A stretch of DNA of 64,000 bases from Eledone cirrhosa. Lineage: Eukaryota. The stretch lies in contig OZ024746.1 of assembly GCA_964016885.1 (NCBI GenBank), positions 26,660,001-26,724,000 of the forward strand, written 5' to 3'. The translations under genes and the position numbers were made by a program. Under the pieces are notes generated by a model that did no database searches, had not been told where the DNA came from, and saw only the letters and a list, made by a program, of their open reading frames with translations. Shown here in pieces: positions 15,624 through 28,200 of the stretch. Position 1 is the stretch's first letter; every line of letters begins with the position of its first letter.

Positions 15624-16971
15624 TAGTCAGTTCTTAGATATGCCAGCTCTGTGTTTATAGTGTTGATGGTATCAGAGCCTTGTGACATATATATATATGG
15701 TAGGGGGGTGTAGGCATGATTCTCATGTTGAATACAGAAAATATTTATGCATCAGTCCTGACAGAAATCTAAGAGAAAACATTCAAGGAAAAAAGGTGTA
15801 GCTAATCAAAATGACTTCAGTACATCACAGGTGTTATTTTATTGATTTTCGATGATTTGAAATCAAACCTTAATGACATAACTAATTAACGTGAATCTAA
15901 CATCTAACCTAATGATAATTGTTTATATTAATATCATTTTTTGCATAGACACAATAGCACAAAGCATAATCTATTATATCTATTTTGGTACAATATGCTA
16001 TATTATCTATTATATCTATTTTGGTACAGTATGCTATATTATGTTCTCGTCATTATTATTGTTTGTGTCATGGCTTCAGTTTATGGTTTCTATGGCTTTA
16101 GTTTATGTTTTTTTTCATCAGAATCCGGCATATTTGGGGAGAAAACAGTGTCAACCAGGACACATTAATAAGCCGGATGGAATAATGTGACTGATCATAC
16201 AAACTGAGGTAATCCCGGCCACAACAGGAAATACAGTCTGTCTATCCACATACATTTATACATATAAACTGATCTCCATTCCTTTTACTGTAACACAACT
16301 AATATGTGGCTGGGTACTAATGTTAAACATTACTATTATTATTCGGATCCGGCTATCAGCTGAGTTTATCATAAAGACTGCCCCACCGCCCTTTTTAACC
16401 AGGAACGGTAGGCAGTTTTTATCTGCCTAGTGGCCATGGTGATAGAGATCATATGTTTTTAGGATTCACTTGAAAAGGAAAATCGGGGTGGAGAGGGAAG
16501 TGCTGATTTCCAGCCAGTTTATTGAAAGATGGGTGAGAGATGTAATAATGACCCGTGTGAATGTGTCTGCCCTGAGCGTGTGCCTGTAGTACTGAAGGAA
16601 GACAATGCTTGCCTTAACAGTCTGGGTGACCTTGGCTTATGTAGGCTTTCTCCACATGTAACCATAGGAGTCTCCTCGCCTTTGGGGATTTATGTTTGTT
16701 GTTTTAAATGTTTATTGCTTTAATATCTGTTATAAATATTATTTTACACAAAAAATCTACAAGAAAGCATTTGGGAGTACCGGTAGAGCGTAGAGTTAAG
16801 TCCCTTTACATTCTGAGTTCATATCCCACCGCGGTTAACTTTGCCTTTCTTCCTTACGGGGTCGCTAAAATAAAGCAGCAATTTAAACATTCATACCTGA
16901 TATACATAAACAGAACATTATCTTGCTTCACACCCACCCAGCCGCACACACACGTATATGTGTGTGCGTGT

Positions 16972-17062
<91 letters not shown>

Positions 17063-17756
17063 TGTCTGTGTGTGTGTAAATAAACAACCAGGATTAAATT
17101 AAATCATTTAATATTTTACGAATGATACATAAAAGAAAAGAATGAAACTAAATGTAGTTAAAATAGATGTTGATAAACGTAAAAGTTGGTGTTTACAAAT
17201 GTTTAATTGTTCTTTTCAAGTGGCTTGGGAAATACACTATTGAGGCAATAATTTCTTCGTATTTTGATAGATAGATTTATTTATTTTGATAGATAGTAAC
17301 CGGATACTACTAATAAACTTACATTAATATATTGCCATTTATACATAATCAATCATTAATTAATACACATTGTCTTCAATTAACAAAGTATTTATGACAA
17401 ACTTATAAAATATGCAATATTTGAAAATATCAGATTGAAAATATGTAAAAATATAGCCCCGACATAAAATTTTATGAGGAACATCAAATTAAGCCCTGTA
17501 CTTAATCAGCCATTAAATTTATTCTTCTCAATATTTTACTAAACTTTTAGACACATTCAATTTTTTCCAAACATCAGTTGTTAAAATGTTACCCAAACAC
17601 ACATGGTACTGTTTCGAAAATTACTTTTGAATTATATTTGTATACACAGATAATTAAGACTTTACAAAATAAAGTGATCAAAAACTATTTTTTTTTTTAC
17701 TTTCTCTCTCTCATACTCTCACTCTCGACACAAACACATACATTCATGCAGACACA

Positions 17757-17879
<123 letters not shown>

Positions 17880-17959
17880 GTAGGAGGTGAGTTTTATTGT
17901 AGTACGATATTAAAACTGCACTATCCACAAGTGTTTTTAACCTGCATATCATGTCCTCC

Positions 17960-18030
17960 TATTTTATCTGATGAAAACACAAATGTTATTGCATGATGAT
18001 ATTTGTCTTTGAAATGCGCATAATAAAATA
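17960..18030 (+). ncRNA. Type I hammerhead ribozyme, family B (inverted copy)
   Basis: Same motif on the plus strand; element ~17879-18061, inverted relative to units 1 and 4. Confidence 0.8.
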
Positions 18031-18062
18031 CATGAAACACATTTAAACATCTTTTGATCTTA

Positions 18063-18179
<117 letters not shown>

Positions 18180-18700
18180 TATTGTTATATTTGGGGAGGG
18201 TCATATTTGCGTAATATTGCCAGAATTAATAACAGAACACACTCACTGTTTGGTTGGTTTTCGCTTCTCGCTGTCTTTTATATATATATATCTGCGATCT
18301 AACTTACTCGGTCCTCAATGTTGCCATTGACTGACCGGCGGTCAAAAATAATACAGATACAATATAGACAAACACATATATATATAGTTTACATAAATCT
18401 TTCGTTGCACATCTGCAACATCGTCAGTGGTGTTATATTCATTGTTCCTCCTGTTGTGTTGTATGTCTACGCCATTTTTTTTTGTTCAGTCTGTCTATAT
18501 ATTTATTTATTTATTTGCTTGTTTGTTTATCTTATTTTATTTTGTCTTCTTTGCGCATGCGTTTGCGTGTGTGTATAGTGTTATGTGTGATGTGTGACTA
18601 GTGTGTATAGTGTTGTGTCTGCTGGGTGACTAGTGTGTGTTTATGTGCTTGTGTATGTATTTATTTATCTTATTTTATTTAATTTAATTTACTTATTTAT

Positions 18701-21700
18701 TTATACTTCTCTTAGGTCAGTGTTGTTTGTTTGGGTGTTGTTGTTGTTCCACTCATTCTTTCTGTTTAGCTTTGGTCTTCTAATTTCTATTTCACTGGCC
18801 TCTCTGATTTGCCTATCTGCTGGGTCATTCCTATGTTTAGATATTATTCTAATTTCTATGTTGTCTATGTTACCGTCATGATGTTGTCTAGCATGTTCAT
18901 ATAGTACTGACCCGTTTTTTCGTCCTTTTAGTTCCCCCCAGTGTTGGTCTATCCTTTCACCTATGCTACGAGCTGTCTCACCTATGTATGTTGTTGTCGT
19001 GTTTCTGCAAGTACCCTCTGTACATCTTATGCTATAGACTACGTTTCTAGTTTTACAGTTTATCCGGGGGTTCACCTTACATATGATACATTTCCTATTG
19101 GTACAGTGGGTTTTCTTAAAAGGGTAGGTTTTGCTGATCAGGGATTTTATGGTGGTTCCTGGCTTTTCTACCACCTTTATTTTTAAGTGGGTCTTTCTCA
19201 GGGCCTTTCTACACTGGTTAGCTAATTTCCCTCCAGGGGTGGCGTCCACAAACATGACACTCTGATATCTCTGGTTGTCGTACCATGATGTGGCCTTCCC
19301 TATCTTATGTCTAGCCCTATCTAAGCTATTCCATGATTTGCTCCTGTATAGTGGGCAAATTCCTTTCATGTCCAGTTCTATGAGGGTCTTATACTTTTCC
19401 ATGGCTCCTTCGTATACTCTGACTCTGTCTCTTTGGTTGTAGCCAGAGAACTGCATGCGGTTGATGAAGTGTTGGATGTGTCCTTCCATTTCTGTTGGGT
19501 CGCACATGCTGGACACATTCTTCATCACTCGTACCAAATCTGCGATCAGAATATTAAACTTAGCACTACTGGACATTGCTGAGTTTTTGAGTATCAGGTA
19601 TTTGGAGGCCATGGGTTTAGCATAGTGTGAGTGGAGAATTTGGGCTCTCTCGTCTATAGTGTTGATCCAGAGTTCTGTGTCTAATACAGGTAGTCTATTG
19701 TTAGGGTGTTTGGAAGGGAAGTCTATAGTTACAGTTATACTCTGGTGTATGGAATTAGCTATCTGCTGGATGCTTTCCATCGTGCTACGTTCTAAATCAA
19801 ACTTGTTAGTGCTCTCTAGTGGGGGTGTTCTTATAACTATATTGATATCGTCTACATAACGAGAGTACATGATGAGGTCTATGGAGCTTTCATTAAGGAG
19901 ATCTTTAAGTCTCCTTTCCCACCATACCATGAAAAGGTTGGCAACATCGCCAGCTATGCTGACGCCGATGGCTGCTCCCTCATTTTGGGTGTAGATTTTC
20001 TCATTGAACTTAAATATGTGGCCCTTTAGGGTAGTTTTGATACTAGCCCCTATTGCATGTGCGACCATTTTTCTTACCTGATCAGTGTTTTGGGGGGTCC
20101 GTATAGCTTTGGTCCACCCAATCCACCTTCCTATGGGAGTCTTTTTAGCCATTGAGGTTATGGTGGGGGGTCTACCTCTTATAGGTCTACTAGGGCAGAA
20201 ACATCTAAGGTCATGGCTGTCTAGGTAGTCAGTGTCGTAGGTAAGTCTAAGTAGGAGGCCCAGTTCGTCTGTGTCGACGTCGCAGAACTCCACCTCACTC
20301 TCAATGATCATCTCCACACATCTTTTCACAGCAAAATCAATGTTAATGGATGGGTACAGTGACACCACATCCATGCTGCCTATTATGCAGTTGGATAGGC
20401 TCCTGTTTTTGTTGCACTCACTGATTCTGCTGAGGAGGTCCTCTGTACTTTCACATACATCTGGGGACATCTTGATTATGGGGCGTATAACCATTGAGAG
20501 GAAGTAGGAGATCCTGTAGTTGCTAGCTATATTAGCTCCGCATACAGGTCTTGTTGGTGGTCCTATTGTCGGGTCGTCGACAGTCTTGTGGTCTTTGCGG
20601 AGCCCATACAAGGGTGGTATGCCATTGTTAGACGCCTGGAAGTTGTTGGCAGTGCGTCTGCTTGGCTTTAGGATGTCAGTCCACATCATCATGTGAGCGT
20701 TGAGGATTTTTTCTCTCCCATCGTGTGTTAGTTGTGCAACTTCGCTCGTGTTGGTGATGTGGGGTTGCATTGCCTCGATGTAGTTCGGCATGCTATCTAT
20801 TGACATCCTACCAGACTTATCTGTGGGTAGACACACTACCTCACCATCCCTTGTGCGCTGCTTGAGGCTAACCAAGCCTTCTACAGGTTTTATCCCAAGT
20901 TGTTGGGCCTCTGGTCTGCTCTGTCTCATAGTGTACCTGTCTACTACTTGTCTAATCTTATTTCTAGCTATGGTGAACTGTGCCTCCGTCTCGTCATCTA
21001 TTTGTTGTGGTATGCAAACTCTTTTATTAAAGGGTAACCTCGTAGAATAGATATTACCCATCTTATATGTTTTGTCAGCTGGGTTGAAAAATAGTTTCTC
21101 TAAGGGGTTGTCGTTATTTCTATCGTCATAGTTGTGTGTGTTGCTATTATTGTTATCATGGTGGTTGTTGTTGTTTCTATCCTTAGCATTAATATTATTA
21201 TTGTTATGATTGCTAGATGTATTGTTGTTTACTTCACCGTTATTGTTGTTGTTGTTACTGCTATTTCTACCATTGTGGTTGTTACTATTATTATGTTTCT
21301 TGTTTTTGTTGATGTTGCTACATGTACTATTTCCATTATTACCACTGTGGTTATTGTTGTTGTTGTTGTTCGTATTGTTACCGTTATTACTACTGTGGTC
21401 ACTGTTGCTGTGTCTGTGGTTAACGTTTCTATTATTATTATTATTGTGGTTGTTGTTGTTCTGTCTATCGCTAGTATTATTACCATTATCACTATTTCTC
21501 ACTTTCCTGCCATTGTTATGGTTATGGCTGTTATTTCTATACCCAGAGTTATTGTTTATATTACTACTACCGTTATTATTGTTGTTGTTGTTTACCTTTG
21601 CATTCCAACGTATTTTTGTGAAACACTTTTCCAGCTCCGTTTTGCATTCCATAGGATTAATCTTTTTGTAGATGGCAAATTTTGGTGGTAACTTTAGGAT

Positions 21701-21790
21701 TTGTTGTTCTTGTTCACTGATTAAAGTGTTCCCATAGATATTTACTGTGTGGTCATTGGTAAATTCTTCCGGTAGTTTTACATCACTCAT
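18701..21790 (-). CDS. Penelope-like element polyprotein: reverse transcriptase + C-terminal GIY-YIG endonuclease (left arm, probably 5'-truncated)
   Basis: Motifs TDKSGR, LYGLRKDHK, RPVC, SMDVVSLYPS, GAAIG, RYVDD, LPVLD, HYAKPMAS; Cys-rich linker CTNRKCIIC; VVYSIRC...YIGETARSIGERIDQH. The first ~28 codons of the listed ORF (to 21892) read through the inversion junction, so Met at 21790 is used here. Confidence 0.95.
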   Translation of the reverse strand: MSDVKLPEEFTNDHTVNIYGNTLISEQEQQILKLPPKFAIYKKINPMECKTELEKCFTKIRWNAKVNNNNNNNGSSNINNNSGYRNNSHNHNNGRKVRNSDNGNNTSDRQNNNNHNNNNNRNVNHRHSNSDHSSNNGNNTNNNNNNNHSGNNGNSTCSNINKNKKHNNSNNHNGRNSSNNNNNNGEVNNNTSSNHNNNNINAKDRNNNNHHDNNNSNTHNYDDRNNDNPLEKLFFNPADKTYKMGNIYSTRLPFNKRVCIPQQIDDETEAQFTIARNKIRQVVDRYTMRQSRPEAQQLGIKPVEGLVSLKQRTRDGEVVCLPTDKSGRMSIDSMPNYIEAMQPHITNTSEVAQLTHDGREKILNAHMMMWTDILKPSRRTANNFQASNNGIPPLYGLRKDHKTVDDPTIGPPTRPVCGANIASNYRISYFLSMVIRPIIKMSPDVCESTEDLLSRISECNKNRSLSNCIIGSMDVVSLYPSINIDFAVKRCVEMIIESEVEFCDVDTDELGLLLRLTYDTDYLDSHDLRCFCPSRPIRGRPPTITSMAKKTPIGRWIGWTKAIRTPQNTDQVRKMVAHAIGASIKTTLKGHIFKFNEKIYTQNEGAAIGVSIAGDVANLFMVWWERRLKDLLNESSIDLIMYSRYVDDINIVIRTPPLESTNKFDLERSTMESIQQIANSIHQSITVTIDFPSKHPNNRLPVLDTELWINTIDERAQILHSHYAKPMASKYLILKNSAMSSSAKFNILIADLVRVMKNVSSMCDPTEMEGHIQHFINRMQFSGYNQRDRVRVYEGAMEKYKTLIELDMKGICPLYRSKSWNSLDRARHKIGKATSWYDNQRYQSVMFVDATPGGKLANQCRKALRKTHLKIKVVEKPGTTIKSLISKTYPFKKTHCTNRKCIICKVNPRINCKTRNVVYSIRCTEGTCRNTTTTYIGETARSIGERIDQHWGELKGRKNGSVLYEHARQHHDGNIDNIEIRIISKHRNDPADRQIREASEIEIRRPKLNRKNEWNNNNTQTNNTDLREV

Positions 21791-22152
21791 ACGGATGTTG
21801 TCGATGCAACAGTGACCACAGTAGTAATAACGGTAACAATACGAACAACAACAACAACAATAACCACAGTGGTAATAATCGAAATAGTACATGTAGCAAC
21901 ATCAACAAAAACAAGAAACATAATAATAGTAACAACCACAATGGTAGAAATAGCAGTAACAACAACAACAATAACGGTGAAGTAAACAACAATACATCTA
22001 GCAATCATAACAATAATAATATTAATGCTAAGGATAGAAACAACAACAACCACCATGATAACAATAATAGCAACACACACAACTATGACGATAGAAATAA
22101 CGACAACCCCTTAGAGAAACTATTTTTCAACCCAGCTGACAAAACATATAAG

Positions 22153-24513
22153 ATGGGTAATATCTATCCTACGAGGTTACCCTTTAATAAAAGAGTTTGC
22201 ATACCACAACAAATAGATGACGAGACGGAGGCACAGTTCACCATAGCTAGAAATAAGATTAGACAAGTAGTAGACAGGTACACTATGAGACAGAGCAGAC
22301 CAGAGGCCCAACAACTTGGGATAAAACCTGTAGAAGGCTTGGTTAGCCTCAAGCAGCGCACAAGGGATGGTGAGGTAGTGTGTCTACCCACAGATAAGTC
22401 TGGTAGGATGTCAATAGATAGCATGCCGAACTACATCGAGGCAATGCAACCCCACATCACCAACACGAGCGAAGTTGCACAACTAACACACGATGGGAGA
22501 GAAAAAATCCTCAACGCTCACATGATGATGTGGACTGACATCCTAAAGCCAAGCAGACGCACTGCCAACAACTTCCAGGCGTCTAACAATGGCATACCAC
22601 CCTTGTATGGGCTCCGCAAAGACCACAAGACTGTCGACGACCCGACAATAGGACCACCAACAAGACCTGTATGCGGAGCTAATATAGCTAGCAACTACAG
22701 GATCTCCTACTTCCTCTCAATGGTTATACGCCCCATAATCAAGATGTCCCCAGATGTATGTGAAAGTACAGAGGACCTCCTCAGCAGAATCAGTGAGTGC
22801 AACAAAAACAGGAGCCTATCCAACTGCATAATAGGCAGCATGGATGTGGTGTCACTGTACCCATCCATTAACATTGATTTTGCTGTGAAAAGATGTGTGG
22901 AGATGATCATTGAGAGTGAGGTGGAGTTCTGCGACGTCGACACAGACGAACTGGGCCTCCTACTTAGACTTACCTACGACACTGACTACCTAGACAGCCA
23001 TGACCTTAGATGTTTCTGCCCTAGTAGACCTATAAGAGGTAGACCCCCCACCATAACCTCAATGGCTAAAAAGACTCCCATAGGAAGGTGGATTGGGTGG
23101 ACCAAAGCTATACGGACCCCCCAAAACACTGATCAGGTAAGAAAAATGGTCGCACATGCAATAGGGGCTAGTATCAAAACTACCCTAAAGGGCCACATAT
23201 TTAAGTTCAATGAGAAAATCTACACCCAAAATGAGGGAGCAGCCATCGGCGTCAGCATAGCTGGCGATGTTGCCAACCTTTTCATGGTATGGTGGGAAAG
23301 GAGACTTAAAGATCTCCTTAATGAAAGCTCCATAGACCTCATCATGTACTCTCGTTATGTAGACGATATCAATATAGTTATAAGAACACCCCCACTAGAG
23401 AGCACTAACAAGTTTGATTTAGAACGTAGCACGATGGAAAGCATCCAGCAGATAGCTAATTCCATACACCAGAGTATAACTGTAACTATAGACTTCCCTT
23501 CCAAACACCCTAACAATAGACTACCTGTATTAGACACAGAACTCTGGATCAACACTATAGACGAGAGAGCCCAAATTCTCCACTCACACTATGCTAAACC
23601 CATGGCCTCCAAATACCTGATACTCAAAAACTCAGCAATGTCCAGTAGTGCTAAGTTTAATATTCTGATCGCAGATTTGGTACGAGTGATGAAGAATGTG
23701 TCCAGCATGTGCGACCCAACAGAAATGGAAGGACACATCCAACACTTCATCAACCGCATGCAGTTCTCTGGCTACAACCAAAGAGACAGAGTCAGAGTAT
23801 ACGAAGGAGCCATGGAAAAGTATAAGACCCTCATAGAACTGGACATGAAAGGAATTTGCCCACTATACAGGAGCAAATCATGGAATAGCTTAGATAGGGC
23901 TAGACATAAGATAGGGAAGGCCACATCATGGTACGACAACCAGAGATATCAGAGTGTCATGTTTGTGGACGCCACCCCTGGAGGGAAATTAGCTAACCAG
24001 TGTAGAAAGGCCCTGAGAAAGACCCACTTAAAAATAAAGGTGGTAGAAAAGCCAGGAACCACCATAAAATCCCTGATCAGCAAAACCTACCCTTTTAAGA
24101 AAACCCACTGTACCAATAGGAAATGTATCATATGTAAGGTGAACCCCCGGATAAACTGTAAAACTAGAAACGTAGTCTATAGCATAAGATGTACAGAGGG
24201 TACTTGCAGAAACACGACAACAACATACATAGGTGAGACAGCTCGTAGCATAGGTGAAAGGATAGACCAACACTGGGGGGAACTAAAAGGACGAAAAAAC
24301 GGGTCAGTACTATATGAACATGCTAGACAACATCATGACGGTAACATAGACAACATAGAAATTAGAATAATATCTAAACATAGGAATGACCCAGCAGATA
24401 GGCAAATCAGAGAGGCCAGTGAAAGAGAAATTAGAAGACCAAAGCTAAACAGAAAGAATGAGTGGAACAACAACAACACCCAAACAAACAACACTGACCT
24501 AAGAGAAGTATAA
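22153..24513 (+). CDS. Penelope-like element polyprotein RT + GIY-YIG (right arm, 5'-truncated; frame open from ~21806)
   Basis: Same protein as the left arm except S/P and I/R substitutions, plus G/R upstream of the Met at 21880. YVDD and VVY..YIG motifs intact. Confidence 0.95.
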   Translation: MGNIYPTRLPFNKRVCIPQQIDDETEAQFTIARNKIRQVVDRYTMRQSRPEAQQLGIKPVEGLVSLKQRTRDGEVVCLPTDKSGRMSIDSMPNYIEAMQPHITNTSEVAQLTHDGREKILNAHMMMWTDILKPSRRTANNFQASNNGIPPLYGLRKDHKTVDDPTIGPPTRPVCGANIASNYRISYFLSMVIRPIIKMSPDVCESTEDLLSRISECNKNRSLSNCIIGSMDVVSLYPSINIDFAVKRCVEMIIESEVEFCDVDTDELGLLLRLTYDTDYLDSHDLRCFCPSRPIRGRPPTITSMAKKTPIGRWIGWTKAIRTPQNTDQVRKMVAHAIGASIKTTLKGHIFKFNEKIYTQNEGAAIGVSIAGDVANLFMVWWERRLKDLLNESSIDLIMYSRYVDDINIVIRTPPLESTNKFDLERSTMESIQQIANSIHQSITVTIDFPSKHPNNRLPVLDTELWINTIDERAQILHSHYAKPMASKYLILKNSAMSSSAKFNILIADLVRVMKNVSSMCDPTEMEGHIQHFINRMQFSGYNQRDRVRVYEGAMEKYKTLIELDMKGICPLYRSKSWNSLDRARHKIGKATSWYDNQRYQSVMFVDATPGGKLANQCRKALRKTHLKIKVVEKPGTTIKSLISKTYPFKKTHCTNRKCIICKVNPRINCKTRNVVYSIRCTEGTCRNTTTTYIGETARSIGERIDQHWGELKGRKNGSVLYEHARQHHDGNIDNIEIRIISKHRNDPADRQIREASEREIRRPKLNRKNEWNNNNTQTNNTDLREV

Positions 24514-25089
24514 ATAAATAAGTAAATTAAATTAAATAAAATAAGATAAATAAATACATACACAAGCACATAAACACACACTAGTCACCCAGCAGACACA
24601 ACACTATACACACTAGTCACACATCACACATAACACTATACACACACGCAAACGCATGCGCAAAGAAGACAAAATAAAATAAGATAAACAAACAAGCAAA
24701 TAAATAAATAAATATATAGACAGACTGAACAAAAAAAAATGGCGTAGACATACAACACAACAGGAGGAACAATGAATATAACACCACTGACGATGTTGCA
24801 GATGTGCAACGAAAGATTTATGTAAACTATATATATATGTGTTTGTCTATATTGTATCTGTATTATTTTTGACCGCCGGTCAGTCAATGGCAACATTGAG
24901 GACCGAGTAAGTTAGATCGCAGATATATATATATAAAAGACAGCGAGAAGCGAAAACCAACCAAACAGTGAGTGTGTTCTGTTATTAATTCTGGCAATAT
25001 TACGCAAATATGACCCTCCCCAAATATAACAATATCTGTTTCGACACACGATTTCATATAAAAAACCTCGCAAAACTAATTCATCGCCG

Positions 25090-25121
<32 letters not shown>

Positions 25122-25152
25122 TTACATATATATATTTATATATATATACATT

Positions 25153-25215
<63 letters not shown>

Positions 25216-28200
25216 TAAAACCCAGATAGACCATAACCCACCAGAGTACTTGATATTTGGGGTAGTAGAGTGGGTAACATGAAAAGATTCAGGACCCCGA
25301 CGGCTGAACTCCGGCCGTTTCGACAGCTAGATCAAAACTAAAGCGCCAGTAGTCGTGATTAAGGAAGTGGTTTTTATATCGGCTCTCTCACATACCCACA
25401 TATCTCCAGGATTCGTTTCTTGATATTGATTCAATGAAGAGACATCAGATCGTAAATTATCGCTGGGTTGATGCATTTTTGATCCTGCGGTCATGACTAC
25501 CATTATTTACAAGAACATCCAATTTACCAATTCATTTACTTCGGCACAGGTTGAAAGAGTTGTCCCTCCGGCCCACGAAACGTACGACTCTCGTATGGCG
25601 CCATTGTAGTAACAATAAATGTAGAAGAACATTGTAGGAGAAATTTTCACAGTTGGGGAGGTGACATTCAGTGTTCTACAATCATGTAGTTGCTGCTAAA
25701 TGAGAGTTTACAATATTCTTTGTTTATTTTTGTAGTAATTGGGACATTCCTACACTATAACCATATCTATAGTCTAATGCTCTCCATAACTGACCATCTC
25801 TTCATCAATTTAGCTATTATTTATCTTGAAATTCATTATGAAATCTGTCTATAAATTTATTTACACAGTGGCGTATGATTTCGCGAAGATTTAGTTCCTG
25901 CTTCTGTGTAGAAATCCCCAATATACCTAATTTAAATATTTATCACTGATCCAGAATGTAATTATTCTCTTAAAATATAATAAAATATTTCTGGTTTTAA
26001 TTACTGATGAAGTTTAAATATTTCCTTGTTTAATTAATAGAATCTTTAAACCTTTTTTTCTCCTCCAGATTGGCAATATACATTGGTTTTATACATCTCA
26101 ACATGGATGACATTGATATATATTCTTTTATTTTCAGATATTCCAGTTGTTTTCAAAAGTCCAAAACAAGTAATACCCTCAGCGCCCCCAATCCTATTTC
26201 CAGAGAGACCTGCCTACACGCAAGTTGTAAATAATATATAACAAATAAAATAGTTAATTTTTATATAATAAAATAATGTAATATATTCTATGTATAAATA
26301 AATATTATATATTTTATATTTTACTATATTGATATATAATATTGTTATACTTGGGGAGGGTCATATTTGTGTAATATTGCCAGAATTAATAATAGAACAC
26401 ACTTACTGTTGGGTTGGTTTTCGCTTTTCACTTCTGTGTCTTTTATATCGGTAATCTAATTTATTCGGTCCTCAATGTTGCCATTCACTGCCCAACGGTC
26501 AAAAATAATACAGATACAATATAGACACAAACACATATATATAGTTTATCAAAGTTCTTTCGTTGTACATCTTTAACATCGTCAGTGGTGCTATTGTTTC
26601 CTCCCGTTACATTCTATTTTCTACGCCATCTTCATTTAGTCTGTTTATATATTTATTTATTTGTTTATTTTATTTTGACTTCTTTGCGCATGCGTTTGCG
26701 TGTGTGTATAGTGTTTTGTTTGATGTGTGTTCGTGATTGGGTGACTGTGTATTGGTTAATGTATTCTATCTTTACTAGTGTGTGTTTATATGTGTTTGTT
26801 GTTATTGTTGTCTATGTTACCGTCGTGTTGTCTGGCATGTTCGTATAGTACTGACCCGTTTTTTCGTCCTTTTAGTTCCCCCAGTGTTGGTCTATCCTTT
26901 CACCTGTGCTACGAGCTGTCTCTCCTATGTATGTTGCTGTCATGTTTCTGCAAGTACCCTCTGTACATCTTATGCTATAGACTACGTTTCTAGTTTTACA
27001 ATTTATCCGTATAAATTTTATATTTTATATTTTATATTTTATATTTTATATTTTATATTTTATATTTTATATTTAATATACTATTATATCATCTCTATCG
27101 TCCCCTTAGGCTGAAGCACCCCATGACCTTCTCAACGCTCCCGGGGTGGGGGCGTTAGCGTCCACTTTAAGAACCTTTGGTTTATGCGGTGGCATTTTTC
27201 CTCTGGTCAGTTCCCCATAAAATAACCGTTTAGGAAGCCCTTCATCTTCCATCCTGCCCAAATAACCAGCCCAATGCATCTAGCTCATTATAATCCTTAT
27301 CTCAATACTGGTGCTACCCGCTTTTACGGTACAGCAGTATCAGATGTGTAAGAGGACCACTTGATGTTCAGTAAGCGTGGGATACAAGATAAATCACAAT
27401 GAGTGGATTGATGATAATGATGTTGCAATCACCAAGCCTAGTGAAGAGAAAAATAACTTGTATTGAAGTGTCTTGTTGCAGATGGTCCAGTGATGATCAC
27501 TTTTGAGAAGACCTTCAAAGAAACAAAGTCAAAACTGCCATATAAATTTCTAAGAATGAAGAATAAATTATGGTCTGAAGTTTCAGCCGAGATTCAGAAA
27601 GATTATAACTGCAGAGAATTACAGCACAATAAGTTAAGCTTTTGGCTCAGCGCACTAAAACATGGCACCATTGAAGTAAAGAGATGGGAAAGCCCTCATC
27701 AAAGAAATGGACACAATGAAACTCTAGATTTTGATGGAATACCTGTTGAGCTGATCCGCTTTCGAGGTGACAATGTTGCTATGGCCATTCATAGACTAGT
27801 CTCATCAGTTTGGGATTGTGAGCCTATCCCGCAAGGCTGGGTAGATGCAATTTTGCTCTTGATTTACAATGGCAAGAGCTCCAAGTTTAAATGCGGTGGA
27901 TATCGTAGTATAAGTCTGCTCGATTCGGAAGGGAATGTTGTATCCAAGGTCTTGCTGAATCGTCTAAATGGATCTGTCCTGGGGCCATCCCTGATAGCCA
28001 GGAACTAGGCGGAGTACTGTGGACAGGATTTTTGCAGTCCATCAGCTTATGGAGTGCGTTGAGCAGCAAGTGTCACTGTACAAAGTATTTGTGAACTTTA
28101 TCAAAGCCTTTGATACTGTTAATCGTAGTACATTGTGAATCATATTGGGGAAATTTGGATGACGTCATGAATTTGTTGGAATATGCAAAAAATTCCATCA

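Larger units (their letters stand above)
18181..25090. mobile_element. Head-to-head palindromic Penelope-like retroelement insertion (Naiad-type) in a (TA)n tract
   Basis: Arms 18181-21408 (-) and 21806-25033 (+) are colinear inverted copies (coordinate sums constant at 43214). The spacer 21409-21805 belongs to the left copy. The right copy has ~55 extra 3' nt to 25090. (TA)n flanks both sides, and the insertion is absent from the other units. Confidence 0.93.

Noticed and set aside
21806-21892. Cys/Tyr-rich N-terminus MYYFDYYHCGYCCCC of the 1063-aa ORF
   Set aside because: Antisense read-through of the right arm across the inversion junction.
21134-22080. Leu-, Val- and Thr-rich membrane-like ORFs
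   Set aside because: Antisense or alternative frames of the Asn-rich repeat in the PLE ORF.
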